Origin: Hungatella hathewayi
Lineage (GTDB): Bacteria > Bacillota > Clostridia > Lachnospirales > Lachnospiraceae
Assembly: GCF_025149285.1 (NCBI RefSeq)
Contig: NZ_CP102274.1
Strand: one strand, 5' to 3'
DNA: 32,000 bases
The stretch's first letter is position 1, and every line of letters begins with the position of its first letter. Position numbers and translations under genes: made by a program. The notes beneath the pieces were generated by a model that saw only the letters and a list, made by a program, of their open reading frames with translations, did no database searches and was not told the DNA's origin. Shown here piece after piece: positions 24,918 to 32,000 of the stretch.

Positions 24918-26206
24918 CGTTTCAAACCCTTGCTTCCATTTAAAAGAAGATTTAGAAGAATGGCGCTGGCACTTACCATAAAAAGTCCATTGCTGCAGAT
25001 CATGCTGAGCGTGGAGGGAAGACCTGCAAAGATATCGGAGGCAAAGGTGGCACCGACACCGATGGCAATACTGGTTCCCACAATTGTGAAATTATTGTTT
25101 TCAAAGAAATTCAGCTTTGACAATATGGAGATGCCTGACGAGGTAATGACGCCAAACAGAGCCAGGGTAGCTCCTCCCAGTACAGCTTTCGGAACCACTG
25201 TTATCACCGCGGATACCTTGGGAAATATGCCCAGAAGGAGCATCATTACCCCAGCCGTCGCAATGACAGAGCGGCTTTTTATTTTTGTAAGGTCGATCAG
25301 GCTGACATTTTCATTAAACATGGTAGAAGGTACGGAGTTAAATGCGCCTGTTATCACCTGCGAAACTGCCTGCGCCTTGATTCCTTTAATCTTGGTGGCA
25401 TTGTCTGTATGCGTTCCGGCAATCTCATCCAGTACAGAGAAGACACCAATACATTGAATCATATTAATGATACAGAAAATGGTCATGATCAATATGGAAC
25501 CCGCTTCAAACTGCGGAGCGCCAAAGTAAAAGGGCGTCACCAGCCGGAATGCACTTGCCTCCTGAATAGGGGTGATATCCACCATTCCCATGAAAGCGCC
25601 GACCAGAGTTCCGCCGATAATTCCCAGCAGAAGGGACATGGCGCGCCAGATTCCTTTGCCGAATTTCTCCACCAGGATGATAAAAATCAAGACTCCAAAT
25701 CCCAGCAGAAGATTCTGCACCGACCCATACGTACTGCTGCCGGTACCGCCGGCCAGATCCTGGATAGCCGTAGGTGCCAGACTGACACCGATCAGCGTAA
25801 CGAAGGTTCCAACGACCACCGGCGGAAACAGCATCAGAATCTTATCCAGAAAAAAGGAAAGAATGAAGATCAGTACACCGGATACCATAATGGCTCCAAA
25901 CAGGGTGGGAAGGCCGTAAGTATTTCCAATCATAATCATGGGAGCCAACGGAGCAAAGGAGGATCCCAGAATGATAGGATATCTGGAACCTATGTATTTG
26001 CTCAATCCAAATACCTGGATCAGAATAGCGATTCCGCTGGTAAAAAGGTTGGCAGATACCAGAAACGCGGTGGTCCTGGCGTCCAGCCCCATGGCGCCGC
26101 TCAGGATCAGAGGAACCGCTATCGTTCCGGGGCACATGGCCAGCACATGCTGGAAACCTACCAGCAGGTTCTTGCCAGGGCTTATTTTCTCAGAAAACGT
26201 ATCCAT
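24914..26206 (-). CDS. NCS2-family nucleobase:cation symporter (xanthine/uracil/purine permease)
   Basis: A polytopic protein with NCS2-like features (FQHVLAMCPGTIAVPLIL, FGSRYPIILGSSFA). I prefer the ATG at 26206 (MDTFSEK...), which has AGGAGG 7 nt upstream. The ORF-track TTG at 26230 lies inside the deaminase gene. Confidence 0.85.
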   Translation of the reverse strand: MDTFSEKISPGKNLLVGFQHVLAMCPGTIAVPLILSGAMGLDARTTAFLVSANLFTSGIAILIQVFGLSKYIGSRYPIILGSSFAPLAPMIMIGNTYGLPTLFGAIMVSGVLIFILSFFLDKILMLFPPVVVGTFVTLIGVSLAPTAIQDLAGGTGSSTYGSVQNLLLGFGVLIFIILVEKFGKGIWRAMSLLLGIIGGTLVGAFMGMVDITPIQEASAFRLVTPFYFGAPQFEAGSILIMTIFCIINMIQCIGVFSVLDEIAGTHTDNATKIKGIKAQAVSQVITGAFNSVPSTMFNENVSLIDLTKIKSRSVIATAGVMMLLLGIFPKVSAVITVVPKAVLGGATLALFGVITSSGISILSKLNFFENNNFTIVGTSIAIGVGATFASDIFAGLPSTLSMICSNGLFMVSASAILLNLLLNGSKGLKR

Positions 26207-26220
26207 ATCAGGCCCTCCTG

Positions 26221-26703
26221 TCAGTCCCAATAACCTTCATGAACTTTGGCTGCATCTACTTCCACTTCCGTGACAGGTCCCACCACCTCAATTGCCTTTT
26301 GTCCCCGGGAAAATACTTCACGGCAGGGGAGGTCAAAGGTCGGATTTTGCTCATTGCTGCCAGTCAGCTCCAACAGACGGCGCTCTGTCATGCCATAAAC
26401 TACACGGCCGATATTGGCCCAGTAGATGGCGCCGGCGCACATGGCACATGGCTCTGCCGTAGTATATAAGGTGCAGTCCCAGAGATAATCTTTTGTAAAT
26501 TCATGGGAAGCACGTGCTGCCAGCGTTGCCTCTGCATGACCGGTACAGATTTTATCTGTGATCTCAATATTTCCCTGCTCCATCACGATGTCCCCGTCCT
26601 TATTTACTAAAAGCGCTCCGAAGGGGGTGTTGCCCGCAGCACGGGCCTCTTTTGATATCTCGATTGCACGTCTTAAATAGTATTCATGGCTCTGGTAACT
26701 CAT
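26221..26703 (-). CDS. CDA-fold nucleoside/nucleobase deaminase (CMP/dCMP-deaminase zinc-binding family; guanine or cytosine deaminase-like)
   Basis: 160 aa. The zinc motifs are HAE (GHAEATLA) and PCxxC (EPCAMCAGAIYW). RBS GGGAGGA. Substrate is not assignable from the sequence alone. Confidence 0.85.
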   Translation of the reverse strand: MSYQSHEYYLRRAIEISKEARAAGNTPFGALLVNKDGDIVMEQGNIEITDKICTGHAEATLAARASHEFTKDYLWDCTLYTTAEPCAMCAGAIYWANIGRVVYGMTERRLLELTGSNEQNPTFDLPCREVFSRGQKAIEVVGPVTEVEVDAAKVHEGYWD

Positions 26704-26730
26704 ATAAAATCCTCCCGCATAATAGTATTA

Positions 26731-26746
26731 GGTAATAGGTATTACC
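26731..26746. promoter_or_regulatory. 16-bp palindrome, candidate HutC/GntR operator in the deaminase leader
   Basis: GGTAATA-GG-TATTACC has 7-bp perfect arms. It lies between the putative -10 (26761-26766) and the RBS of the deaminase gene. Confidence 0.4.
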
Positions 26747-26760
26747 TTTTGTTTGAATCC

Positions 26761-26789
26761 ATCATAACACGAATAAGATATGATGTCTA
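26761..26789 (-). promoter_or_regulatory. Putative promoter of the deaminase-permease operon
   Basis: The minus strand reads TAGACA - 17 nt - TATGAT with TGT immediately upstream (extended -10). Confidence 0.45.
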
Positions 26790-26916
26790 TGTGAAGGATT
26801 TACGATAAGAAGCTGCAATAATTGTACAATATATACAAAACTTTGGTTTTCATCAATGGCTGTTGACTCTTATATCCACCGCACACCGTGCGCTGCGAGA
26901 GATGAAATTCCACTGC

Positions 26917-26965
26917 AAAAAGAGGACTTTCACCCATGAACCTGAGTGGAAAGTCCTCTTTTTTC
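26917..26965. terminator. Bidirectional intrinsic terminator (hairpin element copy B)
   Basis: The sequence is AAAAAGAGGACTTTCacccatgaacctgagtgGAAAGTCCTCTTTTTTC. It has an 11-bp perfect stem and flanking A and T runs. It follows the amber-interrupted membrane protein gene on the minus strand. Confidence 0.75.
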
Positions 26966-26998
26966 ATTAGAGTAACAGGGATATGTTCTGCATTTCCA

Positions 26999-27721
26999 TT
27001 AATTTTTCTTTCGGGCCTTTAATTCGCTCTTCCGCGTCATTTTAATGATCCCCGCCTTATACATTACCAGGGCACAGATTACCGTAACTCCCATACAAAG
27101 AAGCACTACAAATCCCTCTTTTCCGGTCAGCGGATAGAACGCGTTGATTACAAATACCAGAATCAGCGGAAGAATCATGGTTAGTGATTTGCCCTTTGCC
27201 TCATATTCTCCGCAGTCATCATTGACAAAGCTCAGAAGAATTCCGCCGAACAGCGCGGGAAGCAGATACTGAGTTGCAGTCTGAACGGCCGGACTTGTCA
27301 GTACCGGACGAAGCGGTACCAGAAGGACGACTCCCAGCGCAATGATCAGCGTCGTCACAATAGATGAAACCGCCACGCCAATGGTCGCGATGGTGTCTCC
27401 CTCATCCGTCCCCTGAAAGGTATCTGTCAGCACCTGCGCATTGATAACCACCGGTATCTTCAGATTCATGACGTTTCCGGTTAAAAAGGTTAAGTAAGCG
27501 GAGGATCCCAGGATGGGAGTATAGCTCAATACTTCCGCGATATTCGTGGGCAGAAAGACCGCAAGCAGGCCTCCGCCCACGGCGAAAATCTGTCCGATGC
27601 TCTCCGGCTATACGTCATAGACGGCTGACAGAATGGTTGGAATTCCCAGCATAAAAACTATTGCTATGATGACACCGATGCGCCCGGTCCGGTGGATGCT
27701 CGTCTCGTATTTTTTATCCAT
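26999..27721 (-). pseudogene. Polytopic membrane protein gene interrupted by an in-frame TAG (codon 38)
   Basis: ATG at 27721 has GGAAAGGAAGG upstream. It encodes MDKKYETSIHRTGRIGVIIAIVFMLGIPTILSAVYDV, then TAG at 27608-27610. The same frame continues as PESIGQIFAVGGGLLAVFLPTNIAEV... to the stop at 26999. The ORF track shows only the 193-aa part, from GTG 27580. The 37-aa upstream piece encodes a clean TM helix, so one ancestral 240-codon ORF is likely. Confidence 0.6.
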
Positions 27722-27748
27722 AATCATACCTTCCTTTCCTTTTCCCCA

Positions 27749-28468
27749 TTAACCAAGTATTCTGACCCACAAAAGTGATGACGCCATTCCTAACAGCAGC
27801 GTATCCGCCATAACAAAGTTCCGCAGCCAGAGTATCTTAAATTTCTTTATAACTGCCATATGGATTACCACAATCACACAGGAGGTAACGACTACGGCCA
27901 GATAGACCGGTCCTTTCATGATCTGGATCGGTAAGAATGCTTCGATAATCGCCAGTGACAGAACGCCTGTCAGCAGGGCTCCCAACGCACCATGAGTATT
28001 TTTCGCCTTTTGTAAGCTGGTCTGCACCTTTTTGCCGAAGATCAGAACTCCCACGATCCCGCCGAGAATACAGATACTCATAACAAACATCACGGTACCT
28101 ACGATGGAGGCATCTCCCGCGGCATTTAAAGCGGCGATGGATTCGTAGCCTGCGCCTGTGGCAACCATGTCGGCCGCCATCAGTTCATACGTTACAGACC
28201 CTACCACGGACAGTCGGAACCATGACCACGGCACCCCCAGAACCGCCGCTAAACTGAACAGACCGATAACAATGGAGATGGAGGGGACGATGGAATAGAT
28301 GGCTGACGAGGTAATGGCTGTCTTTAATTTGTCTTTCGTCAGGCCGATTTCCAGACCGTGACGGTATGCCTTTCTCAGGGTAATGACACAGAATATCAGG
28401 ATATATACGATTCCGGCTCCGACTAGCGCATAGAGAAGCGGACTGTTCATTATTTCATTAAATGTCAT
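27749..28468 (-). CDS. Uncharacterised polytopic membrane protein (about 6 TM; size and taxon compatible with DUF5058, unverified)
   Basis: 239 aa, strongly hydrophobic, with several predicted helices. RBS AAGGAGAAAAG. It starts 41 nt after the M20 gene stop and ends 27 nt before the next membrane protein gene. Confidence 0.7.
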   Translation of the reverse strand: MTFNEIMNSPLLYALVGAGIVYILIFCVITLRKAYRHGLEIGLTKDKLKTAITSSAIYSIVPSISIVIGLFSLAAVLGVPWSWFRLSVVGSVTYELMAADMVATGAGYESIAALNAAGDASIVGTVMFVMSICILGGIVGVLIFGKKVQTSLQKAKNTHGALGALLTGVLSLAIIEAFLPIQIMKGPVYLAVVVTSCVIVVIHMAVIKKFKILWLRNFVMADTLLLGMASSLLWVRILG

Positions 28469-28509
28469 GATTCTTTTCTCCTTCTTGTATGATAGAGCGG
28501 TTCACTGTT

Positions 28510-29943
28510 TTATGAAATATCTCCCGGCAGTATGCCCTCTGGTATTAGAGAGGTATAGACGCCTCCGGTTTCCTCCTCCAGCTCTTTCTTTGCAGTATCG
28601 AGTATCTCCGGTTTCCCGTAGATTTTCGCGCAGGCCAGGGCAATGGCACGCGCAACCGCCTGACTGGCTTTGTCACCGATCGAAGTTCCCACCTGCGCCG
28701 TCATCTGCCATGTATGAACACCGGTCTCAGGGATTCCGACAGCCGCTGTAATCTGGGCAGTCGGCACCTGATAGCTCACATCACCCACGTCGCTGGAGCC
28801 GGTCATCACCCGGTTTCTCATTGCAGGCGTATAAGGTACAATGAAGGTGTTCAGTGGACGTTCTGCAAATTCTGCCTCGCTGATTCCATTCTGTCTGGCT
28901 CCCTTTTTTACCACCCGTTCCCTCTGTTCCTCTGGCATGGCATTCAGGAACTCTCTTGCAATGGCAAATTCCTCTTCTCCAAAATCAGGGGCTCCGGCTT
29001 CCAGGTACGCATCGGATAAGAGACTGGAAAGCGTCGGATTGGGAATCGTATCGCTCAGCCCGCCCAGAACCTTGATGGTCACACTTGTCTCCGTCATCAG
29101 CGCCGCGCCTTCCGCAATCTTTTTGATCCGTTCTAATATCTCTCCGCTCTGGGTAAGCTTGGGAGCCCGGATAAAATACAGCAGGGAGGCGTGATCCGGC
29201 ACGATATTGGGGGCCTCTCCGCCGCAGTCTAAATACGCATAGTGAACACGGGCGTCTGAGATTATATGCTCGCGCAGGTAGTTGACCCCCACATTCATCA
29301 GCTCGCAGGCATCCAGAGCGCTCCGCCCCAGCTCCGGGGCCGCTCCGGCATGGGCTGTTCTCCCCTTAAAATCAAAACGGACCTTATAATAAGCCACTGT
29401 CCTGACTGACATGGACATATTTCTGTCCATTGGATGCCAGCAAAATGCCGCGTCTATTCCATCAAAACAGTGTTCCTTTACCATAAACGCTTTGCCAAAT
29501 CCGGTCTCCTCTGCCGGACATCCGTATAATTCCACGGTTCCCGTCACCCCGGTTCTCTGCAGGTACTCCTTCACCGCGATCGCAGCCCCGGCAGCCCCGG
29601 CTCCCAATGCGCTGTGTCCGCATCCGTGACCGTATTTTTTACCCTCAATAGGACACGGCTTCGCACAGCCGGCCTTCTGGCTCAGATCCGGCAGGGCGTC
29701 ATATTCCGCCAAAATGGCGATGACGGGCTTTCCCGTTCCGAACCGGCCCACAAAAGCAGTTGAAATACCAGCCTGTCCCTCCTCTACCTCAAAACCTTCC
29801 TGTCTTAAAACTGCTTTCATCTTTTCCGCGCTCTGTTTTTCCTGATAACCAAATTCTGCATAATCCCATACAGCCCGGTTAATTTCGGAAATAGTATCTG
29901 CCTTTTCCATCACAATCTCATGAATCATTTGCTTTTCTTCCAT
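28510..29943 (-). CDS. M20-family amidohydrolase, AbgB-like (aminobenzoyl-glutamate utilisation protein B family)
   Basis: The metal-binding region is YGHGCGHSALGAGAAGAA. EYDALP, GCPAEETGFGKAFM and the overall length are typical of the M20D/AbgB subgroup. I prefer the ATG at 29943 (MEEKQMIHEI...), which follows GAAGAGGGAAAG. The ORF-track GTG at 30018 has no RBS. Confidence 0.85.
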   Translation of the reverse strand: MEEKQMIHEIVMEKADTISEINRAVWDYAEFGYQEKQSAEKMKAVLRQEGFEVEEGQAGISTAFVGRFGTGKPVIAILAEYDALPDLSQKAGCAKPCPIEGKKYGHGCGHSALGAGAAGAAIAVKEYLQRTGVTGTVELYGCPAEETGFGKAFMVKEHCFDGIDAAFCWHPMDRNMSMSVRTVAYYKVRFDFKGRTAHAGAAPELGRSALDACELMNVGVNYLREHIISDARVHYAYLDCGGEAPNIVPDHASLLYFIRAPKLTQSGEILERIKKIAEGAALMTETSVTIKVLGGLSDTIPNPTLSSLLSDAYLEAGAPDFGEEEFAIAREFLNAMPEEQRERVVKKGARQNGISEAEFAERPLNTFIVPYTPAMRNRVMTGSSDVGDVSYQVPTAQITAAVGIPETGVHTWQMTAQVGTSIGDKASQAVARAIALACAKIYGKPEILDTAKKELEEETGGVYTSLIPEGILPGDIS

Positions 29944-29967
29944 CTTTCCCTCTTCTTCTGTGCATTT

Positions 29968-29973
29968 ATTATA
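29968..29973 (-). promoter_or_regulatory. Consensus -10 box (TATAAT) without a recognisable -35, upstream of the M20 operon
   Basis: The minus-strand TATAAT lies 24 nt upstream of ATG 29943. The hexamer 17 nt further upstream is CCCGGC. This pattern is compatible with an activator-dependent promoter. Confidence 0.35.
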
Positions 29974-30026
29974 GATAATAGTATCAGATAGCCGGGGGAT
30001 AAAGGAAATATGTTTCACTTATAGAG

Positions 30027-30045
30027 ATATATAAAGAATTTATAT
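30027..30045. promoter_or_regulatory. AT-rich dyad fitting the LysR T-N11-A pattern
   Basis: ATATATAAAGAATTTATAT has arms ATATAA / TTATAT. It is centred about 65 nt upstream of the -10 box. The sequence is AT-rich, so a chance match is possible. Confidence 0.25.
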
Positions 30046-30075
30046 GGCGATATTCTACAATGAGTTTCCTGTTAC

Positions 30076-30114
30076 AGAAAAAACGCTGGCGGAATCTCTC
30101 CGCACAGCGCTTTT
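30076..30114 (-). terminator. Intrinsic terminator after the LysR gene
   Basis: The minus strand reads AAAGCGCTGTGCGGAgagatTCCGCCAGCGTTTTTTCTG. It forms a stem of about 10 bp with one bulge, followed by T6. It starts directly after the LysR TGA. Confidence 0.6.
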
Positions 30115-30115
30115 A

Positions 30116-31006
30116 TCATAAAAAACTGATCCGTTCTTTAAAATATTCCAGATATTCTTTTGCAAAATTACTCAGACCGCGGTCGGTGGAATAGAGATAC
30201 CCCAGCTCCAGCTGACGGCTGTCAAAGGGAATACTGACCACGTGATGAAGGCGGTTATACTCCTCCGAATGAGGGAGCACAATACTGAAGGCCTGAGAAT
30301 TGGAGACCAGGGATACCCGTGATGAAGTGGACTGGACGCAGATCAACCGGTTCGGGTTGACAATGTCCTGCCAGGGCATCCAGTTAGCATCTCTCTCATA
30401 GAGATCCGAAAACGCCACATAGGGATAATTTTTCAGTTCTTCAATCTTAAATTCCGGTTTTTGAAGCAGCGGATGATCTTCAGCCAGCTGGACATAGAAA
30501 CAGGCATCCTTCAGTTTCACAAATTTTACGTGAAGATCAGAGCAGAGTCTTGCAAAACCGGACGATCCTGTGTCCAGATAAATCACCAGGTCACAAAGAT
30601 TTCTGTAGAGTGCCTCAACCTGCTTCTCACCGTCACCGATGTAACAGGAAAAGTGGAGGTGTGCCATCTCCTGATACTCTGTACATAAATCCCAGAATGC
30701 TTCAAAGGCAGGCACATAGCGGGGATAGACGAGACGGAACAGGCAGTCTTCTTCCTCACTTATTCCACTGGTGATCTCCTGAATGTCCGCCATGATGGAG
30801 GCGGCCTTCTTCGCCAGCTTCATACCGCTGGCCGTCAGCTGCATCCCCATGGGCGTGCGCTCAAATATGGTAATTCCCAGTTCATTTTCCAGGTTCTTGA
30901 TGGCATTGCTTAAGTTTGGCTGAGAAAGGAAAAGCGTTTTAGCAGCTTTCGATACAGAGCCGGTCCTGCTGATTTCCATTACATACTGGAGTTGCTGAAT
31001 GGTCAT
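30116..31006 (-). CDS. LysR-family transcriptional regulator
   Basis: 296 aa. The N-terminal HTH reads MTIQQLQYVMEISRTGSVSKAAKTLFLSQPNLSNAIKNLENELGITIFERT. A LysR substrate-binding-type C-terminal domain follows. RBS AGGAGG. The gene starts 13 nt after the GH38 stop. Confidence 0.9.
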   Translation of the reverse strand: MTIQQLQYVMEISRTGSVSKAAKTLFLSQPNLSNAIKNLENELGITIFERTPMGMQLTASGMKLAKKAASIMADIQEITSGISEEEDCLFRLVYPRYVPAFEAFWDLCTEYQEMAHLHFSCYIGDGEKQVEALYRNLCDLVIYLDTGSSGFARLCSDLHVKFVKLKDACFYVQLAEDHPLLQKPEFKIEELKNYPYVAFSDLYERDANWMPWQDIVNPNRLICVQSTSSRVSLVSNSQAFSIVLPHSEEYNRLHHVVSIPFDSRQLELGYLYSTDRGLSNFAKEYLEYFKERISFL

Positions 31007-31019
31007 GAGATACCTCCTG

Positions 31020-32000
31020 TTATTTTAACTCAATCCTTACTGTTTTGATCTCAAATGCCCTGAAGTCCAGAATCACAGCCCCGTCCGTCACACAGACTTC
31101 CTCTTCCTTATTTTCCAGCATGTCGCACAGCCATGCCGCTTTCACAGGGAGATTGATCTTTACAACGGTGGAACCTATCCGCTTCTTACACTCATACAGG
31201 CGGAAAATCAGATCTCCGCTTCCGTCTTCGGCCAGCTTCACCGCCTCAATGACTATGTGGTCGGATCCGGTGTCTGCCAGCGAGAAGGTATCTGTGATTC
31301 CGTTGATTACAAGGGGCGGCACATTGATCTCATACCCCTGTTTCACCACATCGCTCTCCTGGAAGCTTCCGTTCCACGCCGCCGCGCCATACGTAAAGGT
31401 ATGAATCCGGTTATCCGCCTGCATATCGGGGCAGGCGCCGGCGCGCAGAAGCGTCAGCTCCAATGCCCCGTCTTCCATGCTGATTCCGTACTTGCAGTCA
31501 TTCAGGACAGCAAAGCCATTGCCGCCGTCACATACGGCGCTGTACCGGTGGTTGCATACCTCAAACCGCTCTTTCTCATATGCCCTGGACCGGTGCATGG
31601 GACGTTCCACATAGCCGAACTGCATCTCATTGATCCCGTACTCACCATATAAAATGGTGGGGAAGCTGACCTTTAACAGTCTGTGAAGCTCGTGCCAGTC
31701 GATCTCTGTCCTGAATTCTACTCTGCTCTCTCCCACTGCCAGCGTGATGTCCTGGCAAAAGGAAGAACTGCCGATCTTTCCCGTCGCTCTCAGCGCTGCC
31801 CTGGCGCCTGCGGCGCAGATAATCTCCACCTTTACATCGAAGGCACCTTCGATCTCCTGCTCTCTGTAATTAGAATCAATATCCCAGGCATCAAACTTTC
31901 TCGGCACATCCTTAAACAGGCGGAAATGATTCATCGGTGTTTCGGCAAATTCTCTTCCGTTCTCCTTCAGTACATAGGAGGTGATCTCGGCGTTGGAGGC
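31020..32000 (-). CDS. GH38 alpha-mannosidase, C-terminal portion (5' end beyond the right edge of the window)
   Basis: The frame stays open upstream of the track Met (31934) to position 32000 (ASNAEITSYVLKENGREFAETP-MNHF...). The FDAWDIDSNY motif and the beta-rich C-terminal domain resemble GH38 C-terminal regions. Confidence 0.75.
   Translation of the reverse strand, partial: ASNAEITSYVLKENGREFAETPMNHFRLFKDVPRKFDAWDIDSNYREQEIEGAFDVKVEIICAAGARAALRATGKIGSSSFCQDITLAVGESRVEFRTEIDWHELHRLLKVSFPTILYGEYGINEMQFGYVERPMHRSRAYEKERFEVCNHRYSAVCDGGNGFAVLNDCKYGISMEDGALELTLLRAGACPDMQADNRIHTFTYGAAAWNGSFQESDVVKQGYEINVPPLVINGITDTFSLADTGSDHIVIEAVKLAEDGSGDLIFRLYECKKRIGSTVVKINLPVKAAWLCDMLENKEEEVCVTDGAVILDFRAFEIKTVRIELK

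Noticed and set aside
25409-26233. 274-aa plus-strand ORF, long for an unannotated frame
   Set aside because: It lies entirely antisense to the NCS2 permease gene. Its Q/K/N/G/R/H/S-rich composition is what the reverse complement of hydrophobic membrane-protein codons yields. It has no RBS and no domain-like features.
26704-26916. Possible purine/guanine riboswitch upstream of the deaminase / NCS2 permease operon
   Set aside because: I could not find the conserved purine-riboswitch junction and loop sequences or a three-way junction fold. The region is better explained by a promoter plus palindromic operators. A covariance-model scan would settle it.
26856-26939. 27-codon plus-strand ORF (MAVDSYIHRTPCAARDEIPLQKEDFHP) ending inside the terminator hairpin
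   Set aside because: It has no RBS, runs into the terminator stem and shows no supporting features. It is most likely a chance ORF.
27608-27610. Reading the in-frame TAG as pyrrolysine or as evidence of a reassigned amber codon
   Set aside because: TAG terminates at least three well-supported genes in this same window: the FadR-type regulator at 7060-7062, DUF4091 at 9003-9005 and rpiB at 16295-16297. No pyl genes or methylamine methyltransferases are present. A nonsense mutation or a sequence error is far more likely.
1-32000. Search for CRISPR repeats, tRNA/rRNA genes, IS elements or inverted terminal repeats, integrases, toxin-antitoxin pairs and known defence genes
   Set aside because: None were recognised. 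All intergenic regions are short (under 310 bp) and are accounted for by promoters, operators and terminators. Every long ORF has a metabolic, transport or regulatory assignment.

Overview
The window looks like ordinary chromosomal sequence from a Clostridia / Lachnospiraceae-like Firmicute. This taxon call is inferred from roughly 50% GC, GGAGG ribosome-binding sites, lipoprotein substrate-binding proteins and gene content.

It is densely coding, mostly on the minus strand, and dominated by transport, carbohydrate and nitrogen-compound utilisation modules, each with a local regulator. I saw no rRNA, tRNA, CRISPR array, transposase/integrase, phage genes or recognisable defence system.

Layout, left to right:
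- DUF3810-like membrane protein (partial).
- lepB.
- A beta-hydroxyacid dehydrogenase and an NADH oxidase.
- A sugar-acid module: esterase, GntP permease, FadR-type GntR regulator and IlvD/Edd dehydratase. A duplicated promoter plus operator is visible in the DNA.
- A sugar ABC operon (SBP, two permeases, cytoplasmic DUF4091 putative glycosidase), preceded by aroC-rpiB and a 740-aa membrane-anchored AraC-type regulator.
- A lactonase.
- An XRE-cupin regulator with potABCD and a DUF1622 gene.
- A HutC-type GntR, an NCS2 nucleobase permease and a CDA-fold deaminase. This cassette is bracketed by two ~86% identical 48-nt hairpin elements.
- A LysR regulator, an AbgB-like M20 amidohydrolase and two uncharacterised polytopic membrane proteins. 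One of these carries an in-frame TAG.
- The 3' end of a GH38 alpha-mannosidase gene (partial).

The best candidates for something undescribed are modest:
- the M20 plus two-membrane-protein module, with its amber-interrupted gene;
- the one-component transmembrane AraC regulator with the DUF4091 locus;
- the repeated hairpins flanking the nucleobase cassette.

All family assignments come from reading the translated sequences. No database search was run.
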